From NCBI GenBank assembly GCA_964495205.1, contig CAZBUZ010000002.1:1-47372 (forward strand): 47,372 nt of DNA, written 5' to 3'. Made by a program: the position numbers and the translations under genes. The stretch is from an uncultured Pseudomonadota bacterium (GTDB lineage Bacteria > Babelota > Babeliae > Babelales > RVW-14). Below, one piece after another: positions 18,163-26,583 of the stretch (positions within the stretch are counted from its first letter, which is position 1; every line of letters starts with the position of its first letter). The notes under the pieces were generated by a model. That model was not told where the DNA came from. It did no database searches and saw nothing but the letters and a program-made list of their open reading frames with translations.

Positions 18163-18205
18163 AAAAAAGAAGGGCCGCTGTGTACACAGCGGCCCTTCTT
18201 TTTTA
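18163..18205. terminator. Bidirectional rho-independent terminator between convergent genes
   Basis: A perfect 34-nt palindrome, AAGAAGGGCCGCTGTGTACACAGCGGCCCTTCTT (18167-18200), flanked by an A-run and a T-run. Confidence 0.85.
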
Positions 18206-18220
18206 ATAACAGTTTATAAA

Positions 18221-18805
18221 CTACAGCGTATGCAGTTCTGTATTTTTCTTTTCTGCCATTTGATCTGTTTTTGTGATGTATTGGTCGGTGATTTTTTGTA
18301 AATGTTCAGTAAGTTTTTTGGCAAAATCTTCAGAAATTATGTGTTTCTTTTCGGCGTCACGTACTTCATTGTGGAAGTCTTTGCGTACATTGCGAATGGC
18401 GACCTTGCATTCTTCTGTTTTTTTAGCAAGGAGCTTTGAAAGTTCATCGCGTCGCGCTGTTGTCATTGGTGGTAGTTGGATGCGGATGATATTTCCGTCA
18501 TTTGCGGGGGTGATGCCTAAATCTGATGTTAAGATTGCTTTTTCTATGTTGGCCAGGACGCTTTTATCCCATGGTTGAATGGTCAAAAGGCGGCTTTCTG
18601 GGGCAGAAAGCGAGGCGAGTTCTTTGAGCGACATGAGTTGACCATAGCATTCAGCTTTGATGTTTTCAATTAATGCAACCGAAGCTCTTCCCGTTCTTAG
18701 AGCAGCCAATTCTTTTTCAAAATGTTTAATTGGTTTTTCCATATGCTCTTTGAGCGGGGTTTCAAAACTCTTAATATCGCCTTCTGCAAATGCAATTTCT
18801 ATCAT
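18221..18805 (-). CDS. frr: Ribosome recycling factor
   Basis: 194 aa. LRTGRAS, IQPWD, SDLGITP and RRDELSK are typical Frr segments. AAAGGAG SD. Confidence 0.92.
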   Translation of the reverse strand: MIEIAFAEGDIKSFETPLKEHMEKPIKHFEKELAALRTGRASVALIENIKAECYGQLMSLKELASLSAPESRLLTIQPWDKSVLANIEKAILTSDLGITPANDGNIIRIQLPPMTTARRDELSKLLAKKTEECKVAIRNVRKDFHNEVRDAEKKHIISEDFAKKLTEHLQKITDQYITKTDQMAEKKNTELHTL

Positions 18806-18856
18806 GATAAACTCCTTTAATGAATCCCGGACTGAGCCAGGAATGATAATAATAAT

Positions 18857-19579
18857 TTATGAAATAGTGCTTCCTGTTGCTGGGTTTTGTGCCACATCTT
18901 CCAAGATGTTCGGAGAAAAAGCGTTAAAAACACGAATTTTTACCGAGTGCTGCTGGGCAAGAGTTATAGCAGTTAAATCCATTATTTTCAATTGTTTTTG
19001 TAATACCTCTGCATAACTTATATGGGGGAGCGGTTTGCTGGCTTTGTTGATGCGAGGGTCGCTATCATAAACAAAATCAACCGTTGTTGCTTTCCACACC
19101 TCTTCTGCTCCAATCTGTAGGGCTCGCAGTATAGCTGTTGTATCGGTGGTGAAATATGGGTTGCCAGTGCCACCACAAAAAATGACACAGTTATTTTTTG
19201 AAAATGCATCATCAATGGTCGTTTGATTAATAGGTTGAGCAAGCGAGGGAAGTGGGATGGCGCTGAGAAGACTACTAGGAAGTTCTTGTTGATGAAAGTA
19301 TTCTTGTAGCATAAGTCCATTCATTGCGGTGGCGAGCATCCCAACTGCATCGGCCACAGATTGCCTGAGCTTGAAGTCTTGTCGCATCTGACGTGCCCTA
19401 AAAAAATTGCCGCCGCCTATAACGATCGCAAACCGATGTGTGGCGCTGAGGTTTTTAAGTTGCTTTGTTAGCGCTTCCAGATGATTGGCGCCAGAACAAG
19501 AGCCTCCTGGGCAAGGAGGCTCTTGTTGAGAGTGATTTGATAAAATTTCGCCGCTGAGTTTTAAAAGAATTGTTTTCAT
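18857..19579 (-). CDS. pyrH: UMP kinase
   Basis: 240 aa. ILLKLSGE, VIGGGNFFR, FCGGTGNPYFTTDT. The loop after KLSGE is unusually long and is encoded by a perfect palindrome (see the repeat feature). Confidence 0.9.
   Translation of the reverse strand: MKTILLKLSGEILSNHSQQEPPCPGGSCSGANHLEALTKQLKNLSATHRFAIVIGGGNFFRARQMRQDFKLRQSVADAVGMLATAMNGLMLQEYFHQQELPSSLLSAIPLPSLAQPINQTTIDDAFSKNNCVIFCGGTGNPYFTTDTTAILRALQIGAEEVWKATTVDFVYDSDPRINKASKPLPHISYAEVLQKQLKIMDLTAITLAQQHSVKIRVFNAFSPNILEDVAQNPATGSTIS
19495..19527. repeat. Perfect inverted repeat (14-bp arms, 5-nt loop) inside the pyrH coding sequence
   Basis: AACAAGAGCCTCCT-gggca-AGGAGGCTCTTGTT. In the pyrH frame it encodes QQEPPCPGGSCS. Confidence 0.9.
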
Positions 19580-19593
19580 GGCGCTACTATTGT

Positions 19594-20472
19594 TTAGCGT
19601 CCGATGCCAAAGCGAACGAATTGTTTGACCGTTACGTTTGCCCCTACCTTGGTGGAAATTTCTTTGAGATGTTGCGCTACGGAAACCTTATCATTTTTGA
19701 TGAAAGGTTGATTGAGCAAGCAAACTTCTTCATAGAATTTGTTTAATTTGCCTTCAACAATCTTTTCGATGATTTGCGCTGGTTTGTTGGCTGCTTGCAG
19801 TTGCTCAGTTGCGATGTTGCGTTCTTTTTCAATTAAGGCAGGATCTAAGTCGGCTGACTTAACGGCTAATGGTTTGGTAACTGCAATTTGCATACACACA
19901 TCGCGGGCTGCAGCCTTGAGTTCTTCTGTTGCGGCGATATCTTTGTCTGCTTCAAGCTCGACCATGACGCCTATTGTTGAGCCTGGATGGATGTAGGCGT
20001 TAACAAGGCCTTTACTTCCTGCTTTAAAAAGAACGGTGCGTGAAACTTTGATGCTTTCTGCAATTTTAGCAATCAGCTCATCTAAATGATCCTTAATCGT
20101 GAGCGTGGCGTTTTTGAGCGATTTTTGTGTTAGAATTTCGGCTGGATCGGTAACATTCGTTTTAGCCGTGATTTCTGCAACATGTGTTGCAAAGTCAAGC
20201 ATGTCTTGGGTGTTGGCTGAAAAATCTGTTTCACAGGCAACTTCAGCAAGGGCGCCTGTTTTAAAGTCTGGAGAGATCCAGCTTTCGATGCGGCCATTGT
20301 TAGTTGCATTTTCTGCGCGCTTTGCTGCAACAGCTGTGCCCTTTTTGCGAAGGATTTCAATGGCTTTTTCCATGTCGCCATTGGCTTGTTCAAGTGCCTT
20401 TTTGCAATCCATCATACCAACTTGTGTTTTTTCACGTAATTCTTTAACGAGATCCATAGAAATGGTTGCCAT
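19594..20472 (-). CDS. tsf: Elongation factor Ts
   Basis: 292 aa. The N-terminal UBA-like segment LVKELREKTQVGMMDCKKAL is diagnostic. AGGAG SD. Confidence 0.93.
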   Translation of the reverse strand: MATISMDLVKELREKTQVGMMDCKKALEQANGDMEKAIEILRKKGTAVAAKRAENATNNGRIESWISPDFKTGALAEVACETDFSANTQDMLDFATHVAEITAKTNVTDPAEILTQKSLKNATLTIKDHLDELIAKIAESIKVSRTVLFKAGSKGLVNAYIHPGSTIGVMVELEADKDIAATEELKAAARDVCMQIAVTKPLAVKSADLDPALIEKERNIATEQLQAANKPAQIIEKIVEGKLNKFYEEVCLLNQPFIKNDKVSVAQHLKEISTKVGANVTVKQFVRFGIGR

Positions 20473-20562
20473 GTAAAAATTCTCCTGTATTGATTATTAG
20501 ATTGATTTAATAATAATTAATATTCGGTTTGTTAAATAACTTCAAAGCTCAAGGAAACTAAG

Positions 20563-20591
20563 TTGCCTTTTCTTCTCAAATGTAGTATTAT
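20563..20591 (+). promoter_or_regulatory. Candidate sigma70-like promoter for rpmF-plsX
   Basis: TTGCCT (20563-20568), a 17-nt spacer, then TATTAT (20586-20591), about 65 nt upstream of rpmF. Confidence 0.35.
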
Positions 20592-20655
20592 TCTGCCATA
20601 ATCGACTGATTTTACAAGTTTAGAGTTTAATGATTACCTACAGGGAGTTTTCACT

Positions 20656-20937
20656 ATGCCAGTACCCAAGCGTAAACGATCTAAAGCCAGACGCGATAAA
20701 CGCTTTGCTAATAAAGGGATAAAACCAAAGGCAATTACCGGTTGCCAAACGTGCCAATCTCCTATTGCGCCCCATACCGTATGCAAGGAATGTGGGTATT
20801 ACAAAGGCAAAAAGATTTTGAGAACGAAAACTGATCGCATGTATGAACGTGGTCAGGTTCGCCAGGCGAAGGAAGCTAAAATGCGTGGCCCGCAAGGTGA
20901 GCCATCAGTTGGAGAGGCTGAAGCACAAGAAGCATAA
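20656..20937 (+). CDS. rpmF: 50S ribosomal protein L32 with a roughly 35-aa charged C-terminal extension
   Basis: MPVPKRKRSKARRDKR...C-x2-C...C-x2-C (GCQTCQSPIAPHTVCKECGYY) is the L32 zinc-ribbon core. At 93 aa the protein is longer than the usual length of about 55-65 aa. Confidence 0.9.
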   Translation: MPVPKRKRSKARRDKRFANKGIKPKAITGCQTCQSPIAPHTVCKECGYYKGKKILRTKTDRMYERGQVRQAKEAKMRGPQGEPSVGEAEAQEA

Positions 20938-20966
20938 GACGCACACTTTTAGCGAGAGGCCTCGTC

Positions 20967-21926
20967 ATGATAGCTATTGATGTTATGGGGGGGGATCGAG
21001 CGCCGGGCGTTGTTGTTCAAGGAGCCATACGAGCAGCGAAAAAAGTACCGGTGCTCTTGGTTGGCCCTGAACGAGAAACGCGTGAGTTATTGCATCAAAT
21101 TGACCCTGGGTGGCAGCAATACGATATTTCCTTGTGTGATGCTTCCCAGGTTATCGATATGGGCGAAGAGCCTGTTGCTGCCGTTCGTAAAAAATCCAAT
21201 TCATCTTTAGTGAAGGCTGTTGCCTGTGTTAAGGAAGGTAAGGCACGAGCTGTTTTATCCGCCGGAAATTCTGGCGCGCTTATGGTGGCGGCAACTTTTA
21301 TTTTGGGCCGCGAAGCGGCGCTTGAGCGACCAGCTATTGCCAGTTATTTCCCTTCTATGGGGGAACGACAGGCGCTATTGCTTGATTTGGGGGCCAATAC
21401 CGAGTGTCGAGCTCATCACTTTGTGCAGTTTGCTCATGCGGGATGTGCTTATGTGTCGGCACATTTAGGCACCGAACACCCTCGTGTTGGCTTGCTCGCT
21501 AACGGGACCGAAGATAAAAAGGGGTCATTGCTTACCAAGGAGGCCTTTGAGCTTTTGAAAGGCGAATCGTTGCAGTTTATAGGCAATGTTGAGCCGTTTG
21601 ATATTTTTCGGGGGGATGTTGATGTTGTGGTTTGTGATGGGTTTTCTGGAAATATTTTCTTAAAAACGCTTGAAGCGTCATTTGAGTTGTTTGCTCATTT
21701 TATGCAAAAACAGGTCGAAAAAGAGCCGTTTAAGTCGGTTTGGCAGCGCCAGTTGCAGGTGTGGAGCGAGTATTTCTTGAGTGATGTTTCTCATCGCCTT
21801 GGGCATCGCAAGTATGGTGGGGCATTGTTACTGGGTGTCAAGGGCAATGTGATCGTTTGTCATGGAAATTCCGATGCGCAGGCCATTGAGAATGCTATTT
21901 ACTTTGCAGGTGGATGTTTCAAATAG
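20967..21926 (+). CDS. plsX: Phosphate acyltransferase
   Basis: 319 aa. IAIDVMGGDRAP, SAGNSGALM, LLANGTEDKKG, VVVCDGFSGNI. Confidence 0.92.
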   Translation: MIAIDVMGGDRAPGVVVQGAIRAAKKVPVLLVGPERETRELLHQIDPGWQQYDISLCDASQVIDMGEEPVAAVRKKSNSSLVKAVACVKEGKARAVLSAGNSGALMVAATFILGREAALERPAIASYFPSMGERQALLLDLGANTECRAHHFVQFAHAGCAYVSAHLGTEHPRVGLLANGTEDKKGSLLTKEAFELLKGESLQFIGNVEPFDIFRGDVDVVVCDGFSGNIFLKTLEASFELFAHFMQKQVEKEPFKSVWQRQLQVWSEYFLSDVSHRLGHRKYGGALLLGVKGNVIVCHGNSDAQAIENAIYFAGGCFK

Positions 21927-22087
21927 AAATTATCTTCTCGCTGGGTAATTTTTAAATGCTTAGTATAATTTTTGATTGTACAGTCTTCTTATTTGCGGTA
22001 TACTTTGGAGAGTATTAATAGGTTTAATTTAAAATTTGTTAATTTTATCTTGACATGTTTATGACGAGCTAACTCGAAGGAGAGCTT

Positions 22088-22819
22088 ATGGATGCTTCAT
22101 CAAATCCAATCGTAATGTGGATGGAAAATACGCTTGATTTTATTGTAAAAAATAAAAAGCAGGTGCTTATCGGGGTTGCTGGCATTGCTATTTTAGTTAC
22201 AGCAACAGTCGGGTATGTTTTTTACAAGCGCCACGTGCGCGAGCAAGCTCATAAGGATTTATTGCAAGCGTTGCGGTATTATGATGGCGTTGTTGGCAAA
22301 ATGTCATATGCCGATGCTGCCACGGTGAGTTTTGCTTCTGAGGCTGAAAAATGGCAAAAAACAGAGCAACTGTTTAAAGAAGGTTATGAAGCTTACAAGG
22401 GTACAGACTTGGGTTCAATGTTTTTGGCTTATCAGTCAGAGTCCTTGCTTCACTTAGGTAAGTTTGATGAGGCTCTTAAGGTTTTGTCGAGTGCTGTCGT
22501 CCAGATGAATGATGCTGCAGTTAAAGATTTTTACCGCGTAAAGCTTGCCTTGATGCTGTTGGATAGTGGTAAAGAAATAGATAAGCAACAAGGCCTTGGA
22601 TTATTGAAAAAGATTGCAGATGATACACAAAGTGTTGCTAATGAAGCTGCTCTTTATCAACTTGGTTCGTATTATTGGTACGAGAAGAAGTTTGAAGAAG
22701 CTAAAAACTACTGGCAAATGTTGCTGGTTAAATATGGAACTAGAGATATAAAGCAGCCTTCGCAATATGTTGATATTGTTAAAGATAAGATGGCGCTTTT
22801 GAGCGTTGAGAGTTTGTAA
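22088..22819 (+). CDS. Membrane-anchored TPR-like protein (YfgM-like architecture)
   Basis: 243 aa with a GAAGGAG SD. It has a short cytoplasmic N-terminus, one TM helix (VLIGVAGIAILVTATVGYVFY), and then a helical repeat region ending in YQLGSYYWYEKKFEEAKNYWQ. The architecture resembles YfgM/UPF0070; the assignment rests on architecture alone. Confidence 0.5.
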   Translation: MDASSNPIVMWMENTLDFIVKNKKQVLIGVAGIAILVTATVGYVFYKRHVREQAHKDLLQALRYYDGVVGKMSYADAATVSFASEAEKWQKTEQLFKEGYEAYKGTDLGSMFLAYQSESLLHLGKFDEALKVLSSAVVQMNDAAVKDFYRVKLALMLLDSGKEIDKQQGLGLLKKIADDTQSVANEAALYQLGSYYWYEKKFEEAKNYWQMLLVKYGTRDIKQPSQYVDIVKDKMALLSVESL

Positions 22820-22845
22820 TTTTGATATTTGAAAGTTTGTAAGCC

Positions 22846-24270
22846 GTGAAGCAGCAAGGTGAAATTCGAGTGCGATTTGCTCCGTCGCCAACCGGCCATT
22901 TGCATATTGGTGGGTTGCGGAGTGCCCTTTTTAATTGGCTCTATGCTCGCCATAATAAAGGGTCATTTTTGATACGCATCGAAGACACCGATGTTGCTCG
23001 ATCGAAGCCTGAATTTGCCGAAGCCATTCTTTGCTCCTTGGCTTGGATGGGTTTGGTTTCAGATGAGCCGATTGTGCGTCAATTGGCACGAGTGAGTGAA
23101 CATCGAGCTGCGGCACATGAGTTAATGAGGAAAGGTTGGGCATATCCCTGTTTTTGTGAACCTCGGGATGCTGACCTCGTGATCTCTGACTTAGAGCAAG
23201 GCAAGGGAAGTAAGTACGCGGGCACCTGCCGCCATAAGCCTTATGCTGAGCACGATCTTCAACGGCCTCATGCAATACGTTTTCGGTTGCCTGATGGGTT
23301 GGGCAAGGTTGAGTTTCGTGATGAGGTCCTGGGTAAGGTGGTTGTTGGTGCTGACCAGCTTGACGATTTTGTCATTGTGCGCCGAGATGGTACGCCGACT
23401 TATAACTTTTGCGTTGTGGTTGATGATATTTTTATGCGCATTACCCATGTGATTCGTGGACAGGACCATGTGAGTAATACCTTAAAGCAAGTGCTGTTTT
23501 ATCAGGCTCTTGGGGCAGAAGCGCCCGCTTTTGCGCATATTCCGCTGATTTTTGGCCCTGAAGGGGGCAAGTTAAGCAAGCGCGATGCGAGTGTAGCGGT
23601 GGAAGAATATCGCAACAGTGGTTTTTTGCCTGAGGCCCTTTTTAACTACCTGGTGCGCCTTGGCTGGTCGTATGGTGATCAGGAAATTTTTACACAGCAA
23701 GAAATGATCGACTCATTTACGCTTGATACGGTAGGGAAAAAGGGTGCCGTATTTGACATGAAAAAATTGCAGTGGCTCAATAGCCATTATGTGCGTAATG
23801 CATCGCCTCGGCGATTACGTGACGCCATGCAAGAAATGGATGCCGCGGGCTATGATAAACTTTGTGCGCTGTGGCAGGATGATGCGTTAGATGCCTTGCT
23901 TGATTTGTATAAACAGCGGGCAACAACGTTGGTTGAAATTATTAATGACATTATATCATTAGCGCATGAGCAATTGCGCTTTGATGTTAAGCTGCTCAAT
24001 AAATGGCGTACGCCAGCGATGGTGCCTTTATTGAAGCAGTTTGTGCGGATTTTGTCAGAGGTGAAACTATTTGCTCATGCGAACCTCATGGAACATGCAA
24101 AAGTGTTATGTGAGCAGCAGGGTGAAAAATTGGTAACACTGGCTCAGCCGCTGCGGTTAGCTTTAACTGGCGGTGTGACAAGTCCGGGTGTCTTTGAATT
24201 GTTAGAAGTTTTGGGCAAGGAGCGTTCGCTTGATCGCATTAAGCGATTGGTCCTTGTGCTTGAATTATGA
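22846..24270 (+). CDS. gltX: Glutamyl-tRNA synthetase, paralog 2 (GTG start)
   Basis: 474 aa. RFAPSPTGHLHIGG (HIGH), RIEDTD, CFCEPRD...C, KLSKRD (KMSKS). By hand count, 37 of the first 70 aligned residues are identical to paralog 1. Confidence 0.9.
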   Translation: MKQQGEIRVRFAPSPTGHLHIGGLRSALFNWLYARHNKGSFLIRIEDTDVARSKPEFAEAILCSLAWMGLVSDEPIVRQLARVSEHRAAAHELMRKGWAYPCFCEPRDADLVISDLEQGKGSKYAGTCRHKPYAEHDLQRPHAIRFRLPDGLGKVEFRDEVLGKVVVGADQLDDFVIVRRDGTPTYNFCVVVDDIFMRITHVIRGQDHVSNTLKQVLFYQALGAEAPAFAHIPLIFGPEGGKLSKRDASVAVEEYRNSGFLPEALFNYLVRLGWSYGDQEIFTQQEMIDSFTLDTVGKKGAVFDMKKLQWLNSHYVRNASPRRLRDAMQEMDAAGYDKLCALWQDDALDALLDLYKQRATTLVEIINDIISLAHEQLRFDVKLLNKWRTPAMVPLLKQFVRILSEVKLFAHANLMEHAKVLCEQQGEKLVTLAQPLRLALTGGVTSPGVFELLEVLGKERSLDRIKRLVLVLEL

Positions 24271-24272
24271 TT

Positions 24273-24298
24273 ATGTGAGGTTACTAAATGTGAGGTTA
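24273..24298 (+). repeat. Direct repeat ATGTGAGGTTA x2 (15-bp period) immediately upstream of fabD; possible operator
   Basis: Copies at 24273-24283 and 24288-24298 are identical 11-mers. They lie in the 67-bp gltX2-fabD spacer, 40 nt before the fabD ATG. Confidence 0.4.
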
Positions 24299-24337
24299 TG
24301 GATGATTATTTTCATCCTACAATAACGAGGTAAATTC

Positions 24338-25459
24338 ATGAAAATAGGCATGATTTTTCCAGGGCAAGGGTCCCAATTTCTTGGTATGGGGAAAGAGTTA
24401 TATGATCGTGAACGTATTGTTCAAGAGTTGTACGAACAGGCATCAAGTTGTTTAGATAACAACTTTGTGCGCCTTTGCTTTGCCTCTTCCGAACGGGAAC
24501 TGCGTGAAACAAAAAATGCCCAGACGGCAATCTTTTTGTTAAGCGCTTCGATAGCGTCCTTGTTAGCTGAGAAGTATGATATTAGGCCAGACATTGTTGC
24601 TGGTCATAGTTCTGGTGAATACGCCGCAATTTTTGCAGCTGGTGGCATGGCTTTTGCCGATGCGCTCTACCTGCTCAATAAACGAGCAACTTTTATGGAA
24701 GAAGCAACGAAGAAAGTTGAAGGTGGTATGCTTGCAGTCTTGGGCTTACCTTTCGAAAAGATTAAAACCATATGTTCTCAATTTGATGATCCAACAAGTA
24801 ACGAACGCGTTGCTGAAGTGGTTAACTACAATAGCGCTGAGCAGTTTGTTGTGGCGGCGACGCTTCCAGAACTGCGTGCTGTTGAGGCCGAAGTAAAGGC
24901 GGCAAAAGGCAAGGCGCTCGTTTTGAATGTGGCCGGGGCCTTCCATTCCAGATTAATGAAAGAAGCAGAGCAACTTTTTGCGTTGTATATGGTTAAAGTT
25001 GATTTTAAAGATTTGCATGTTCCGTTGGTAAATAATATTGCCTCAGAGGTGGTAACGCAAAATGATGCTATCAAGCAATCCTTAATCAAACAGATGAGTT
25101 CCCATGTGATGTGGTGGCCATCTATGCAGCAATTTAAAGATTGTGATGTGATTATCGAGATTGGTCCTGGGACCAAGTTGTCAAAGATGTTGAAACGCGA
25201 ATGGCCTGAAAAGCAAATAGTTTCAGTTAATACGCCAGCTGATATTGAGCAATTGCATGCAGTATTGGAAAGGCCGTTTGAAAAAACAGAGCTTGATTTG
25301 GTGATCGAACAAGAATTGAAAGATAAAGGCAACAAGGCAGAAAAGACAACCGCGAAAACTGTTGAGGCAGTTACATCTGCGGGTGTTGCATCTAGTGAGC
25401 GCGAGGTTAATGATTCAGATCCTACATTGCCTGAGGATTTACAAAAAATAGATGGATAG
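24338..25459 (+). CDS. fabD: Malonyl-CoA:ACP transacylase with a roughly 65-aa acidic, low-complexity C-terminal extension
   Basis: FPGQGSQ, GHSSGEYAA (the active-site Ser), AFHS. At 373 aa it is longer than the usual length of about 310 aa. Confidence 0.9.
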   Translation: MKIGMIFPGQGSQFLGMGKELYDRERIVQELYEQASSCLDNNFVRLCFASSERELRETKNAQTAIFLLSASIASLLAEKYDIRPDIVAGHSSGEYAAIFAAGGMAFADALYLLNKRATFMEEATKKVEGGMLAVLGLPFEKIKTICSQFDDPTSNERVAEVVNYNSAEQFVVAATLPELRAVEAEVKAAKGKALVLNVAGAFHSRLMKEAEQLFALYMVKVDFKDLHVPLVNNIASEVVTQNDAIKQSLIKQMSSHVMWWPSMQQFKDCDVIIEIGPGTKLSKMLKREWPEKQIVSVNTPADIEQLHAVLERPFEKTELDLVIEQELKDKGNKAEKTTAKTVEAVTSAGVASSEREVNDSDPTLPEDLQKIDG

Positions 25460-25462
25460 TTA

Positions 25463-26221
25463 ATGGCAAAAAATGTGGTAGTTACGGGGGGCGCATCAGG
25501 GATCGGCCGTGCTATTGTTACGCAGGTATTGCAGCAGGGTGATATGCCAATCGTCATTGATTGCCTTGCCGTTGACCATGCCGCGGTTATTGCTCTTATT
25601 GCTCAAGGAATTGCGTATAAACAGGTTGATGTTTCTTGTGCAACGTCGGTTAAAGATGCTTTTGATCAAATCGATAGGGCGCTGCAGGAGGGAACGGCCT
25701 GCAAATCAATTAATAATGCCTCTAAAAAACTTGATGTTTTAATTAACAATGCTGGTATTACCCGTGATAATCTTGTATTGCGCATGTCTGAATCAGATTG
25801 GGATGCTGTGCTTGCGGTTAATCTTAAGGGTGCATTCTTGTGCGCTCAGCAGGCACTTAAGCGCATGATTCGTCAGAAAAAAAGTTATATTATCAATATT
25901 GCTTCTGTTGTTGGCATGCATGGCAATGCTGGTCAAGCTAATTATGCGGCAAGTAAGGCTGGTGTTATCGCATTGACCAAAACGCTGGCGCAGGAATATG
26001 CCGCACGCAATGTGTTAGTTAATGCCATTGCCCCAGGGTTTATACAAACACCTATGACAGATCGATTGCCTGCACAGGTTCAGGAAATGGCGCGGTCGCG
26101 TATTGCGCTTAAACGTTTTGGTACTCCTGAGGATGTTGCGCTCATGGTGTCTTTTTTGATGTCTGGCGCGGCTGATTACATTACCGGACAAGTTTTTTCA
26201 ATTGATGGCGGAATGTTCTAA
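25463..26221 (+). CDS. fabG: 3-oxoacyl-ACP reductase
   Basis: VVVTGGASGIGRAI, NNAGITRD, and the S...YAASKAG catalytic triad region. It begins 3 nt after fabD. Confidence 0.9.
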   Translation: MAKNVVVTGGASGIGRAIVTQVLQQGDMPIVIDCLAVDHAAVIALIAQGIAYKQVDVSCATSVKDAFDQIDRALQEGTACKSINNASKKLDVLINNAGITRDNLVLRMSESDWDAVLAVNLKGAFLCAQQALKRMIRQKKSYIINIASVVGMHGNAGQANYAASKAGVIALTKTLAQEYAARNVLVNAIAPGFIQTPMTDRLPAQVQEMARSRIALKRFGTPEDVALMVSFLMSGAADYITGQVFSIDGGMF

Positions 26222-26326
26222 CGCCGACAAATGCTAGAAAATTTTTAAAAATACGGTAACCTTAAGACTCATTATTTTTACGTAGTAAATCAATAATTAT
26301 TTTTTAATGGTATTGAGGAGGATGAC

Positions 26327-26575
26327 ATGGCCTTTGTTAAAGAAGATACGCAGCAAAAAGTTTTTACCATTATTGTTGAAAAATTAAGTATCCCTCAAGA
26401 AAACATCACCGTTGAATCAACCTTCAAAGATCTTGGTGCTGATTCATTGGATATCGTTGAGATGATCATGAATTTTGAAGAAACTTTTGGTGTTGAAATC
26501 AAAGATGAAGATGCTGAAAAAATAAAAACAGTTGGCCAGGCTGTTGATCTTATTCATGCTGCTCGAACGAAATAA
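26327..26575 (+). CDS. acpP: Acyl carrier protein
   Basis: 82 aa. [14 protein letters not shown] contains the phosphopantetheine Ser. GAGGAGG SD. Confidence 0.95.
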   Translation: MAFVKEDTQQKVFTIIVEKLSIPQENITVESTFKDLGADSLDIVEMIMNFEETFGVEIKDEDAEKIKTVGQAVDLIHAARTK

Positions 26576-26583
26576 GTTGGGCT

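Noticed and set aside
24826-25557. A 243-aa antisense ORF spanning the fabD/fabG junction. Other long antisense ORFs occur at 9198-9677, 37184-37768, 14001-14498 and 38526-38963.
   Set aside because: Each lies entirely opposite a gene with unambiguous family motifs. Their products are low-complexity or Ser/Cys-rich with no motifs, SD or promoter, which is typical of shadow ORFs.
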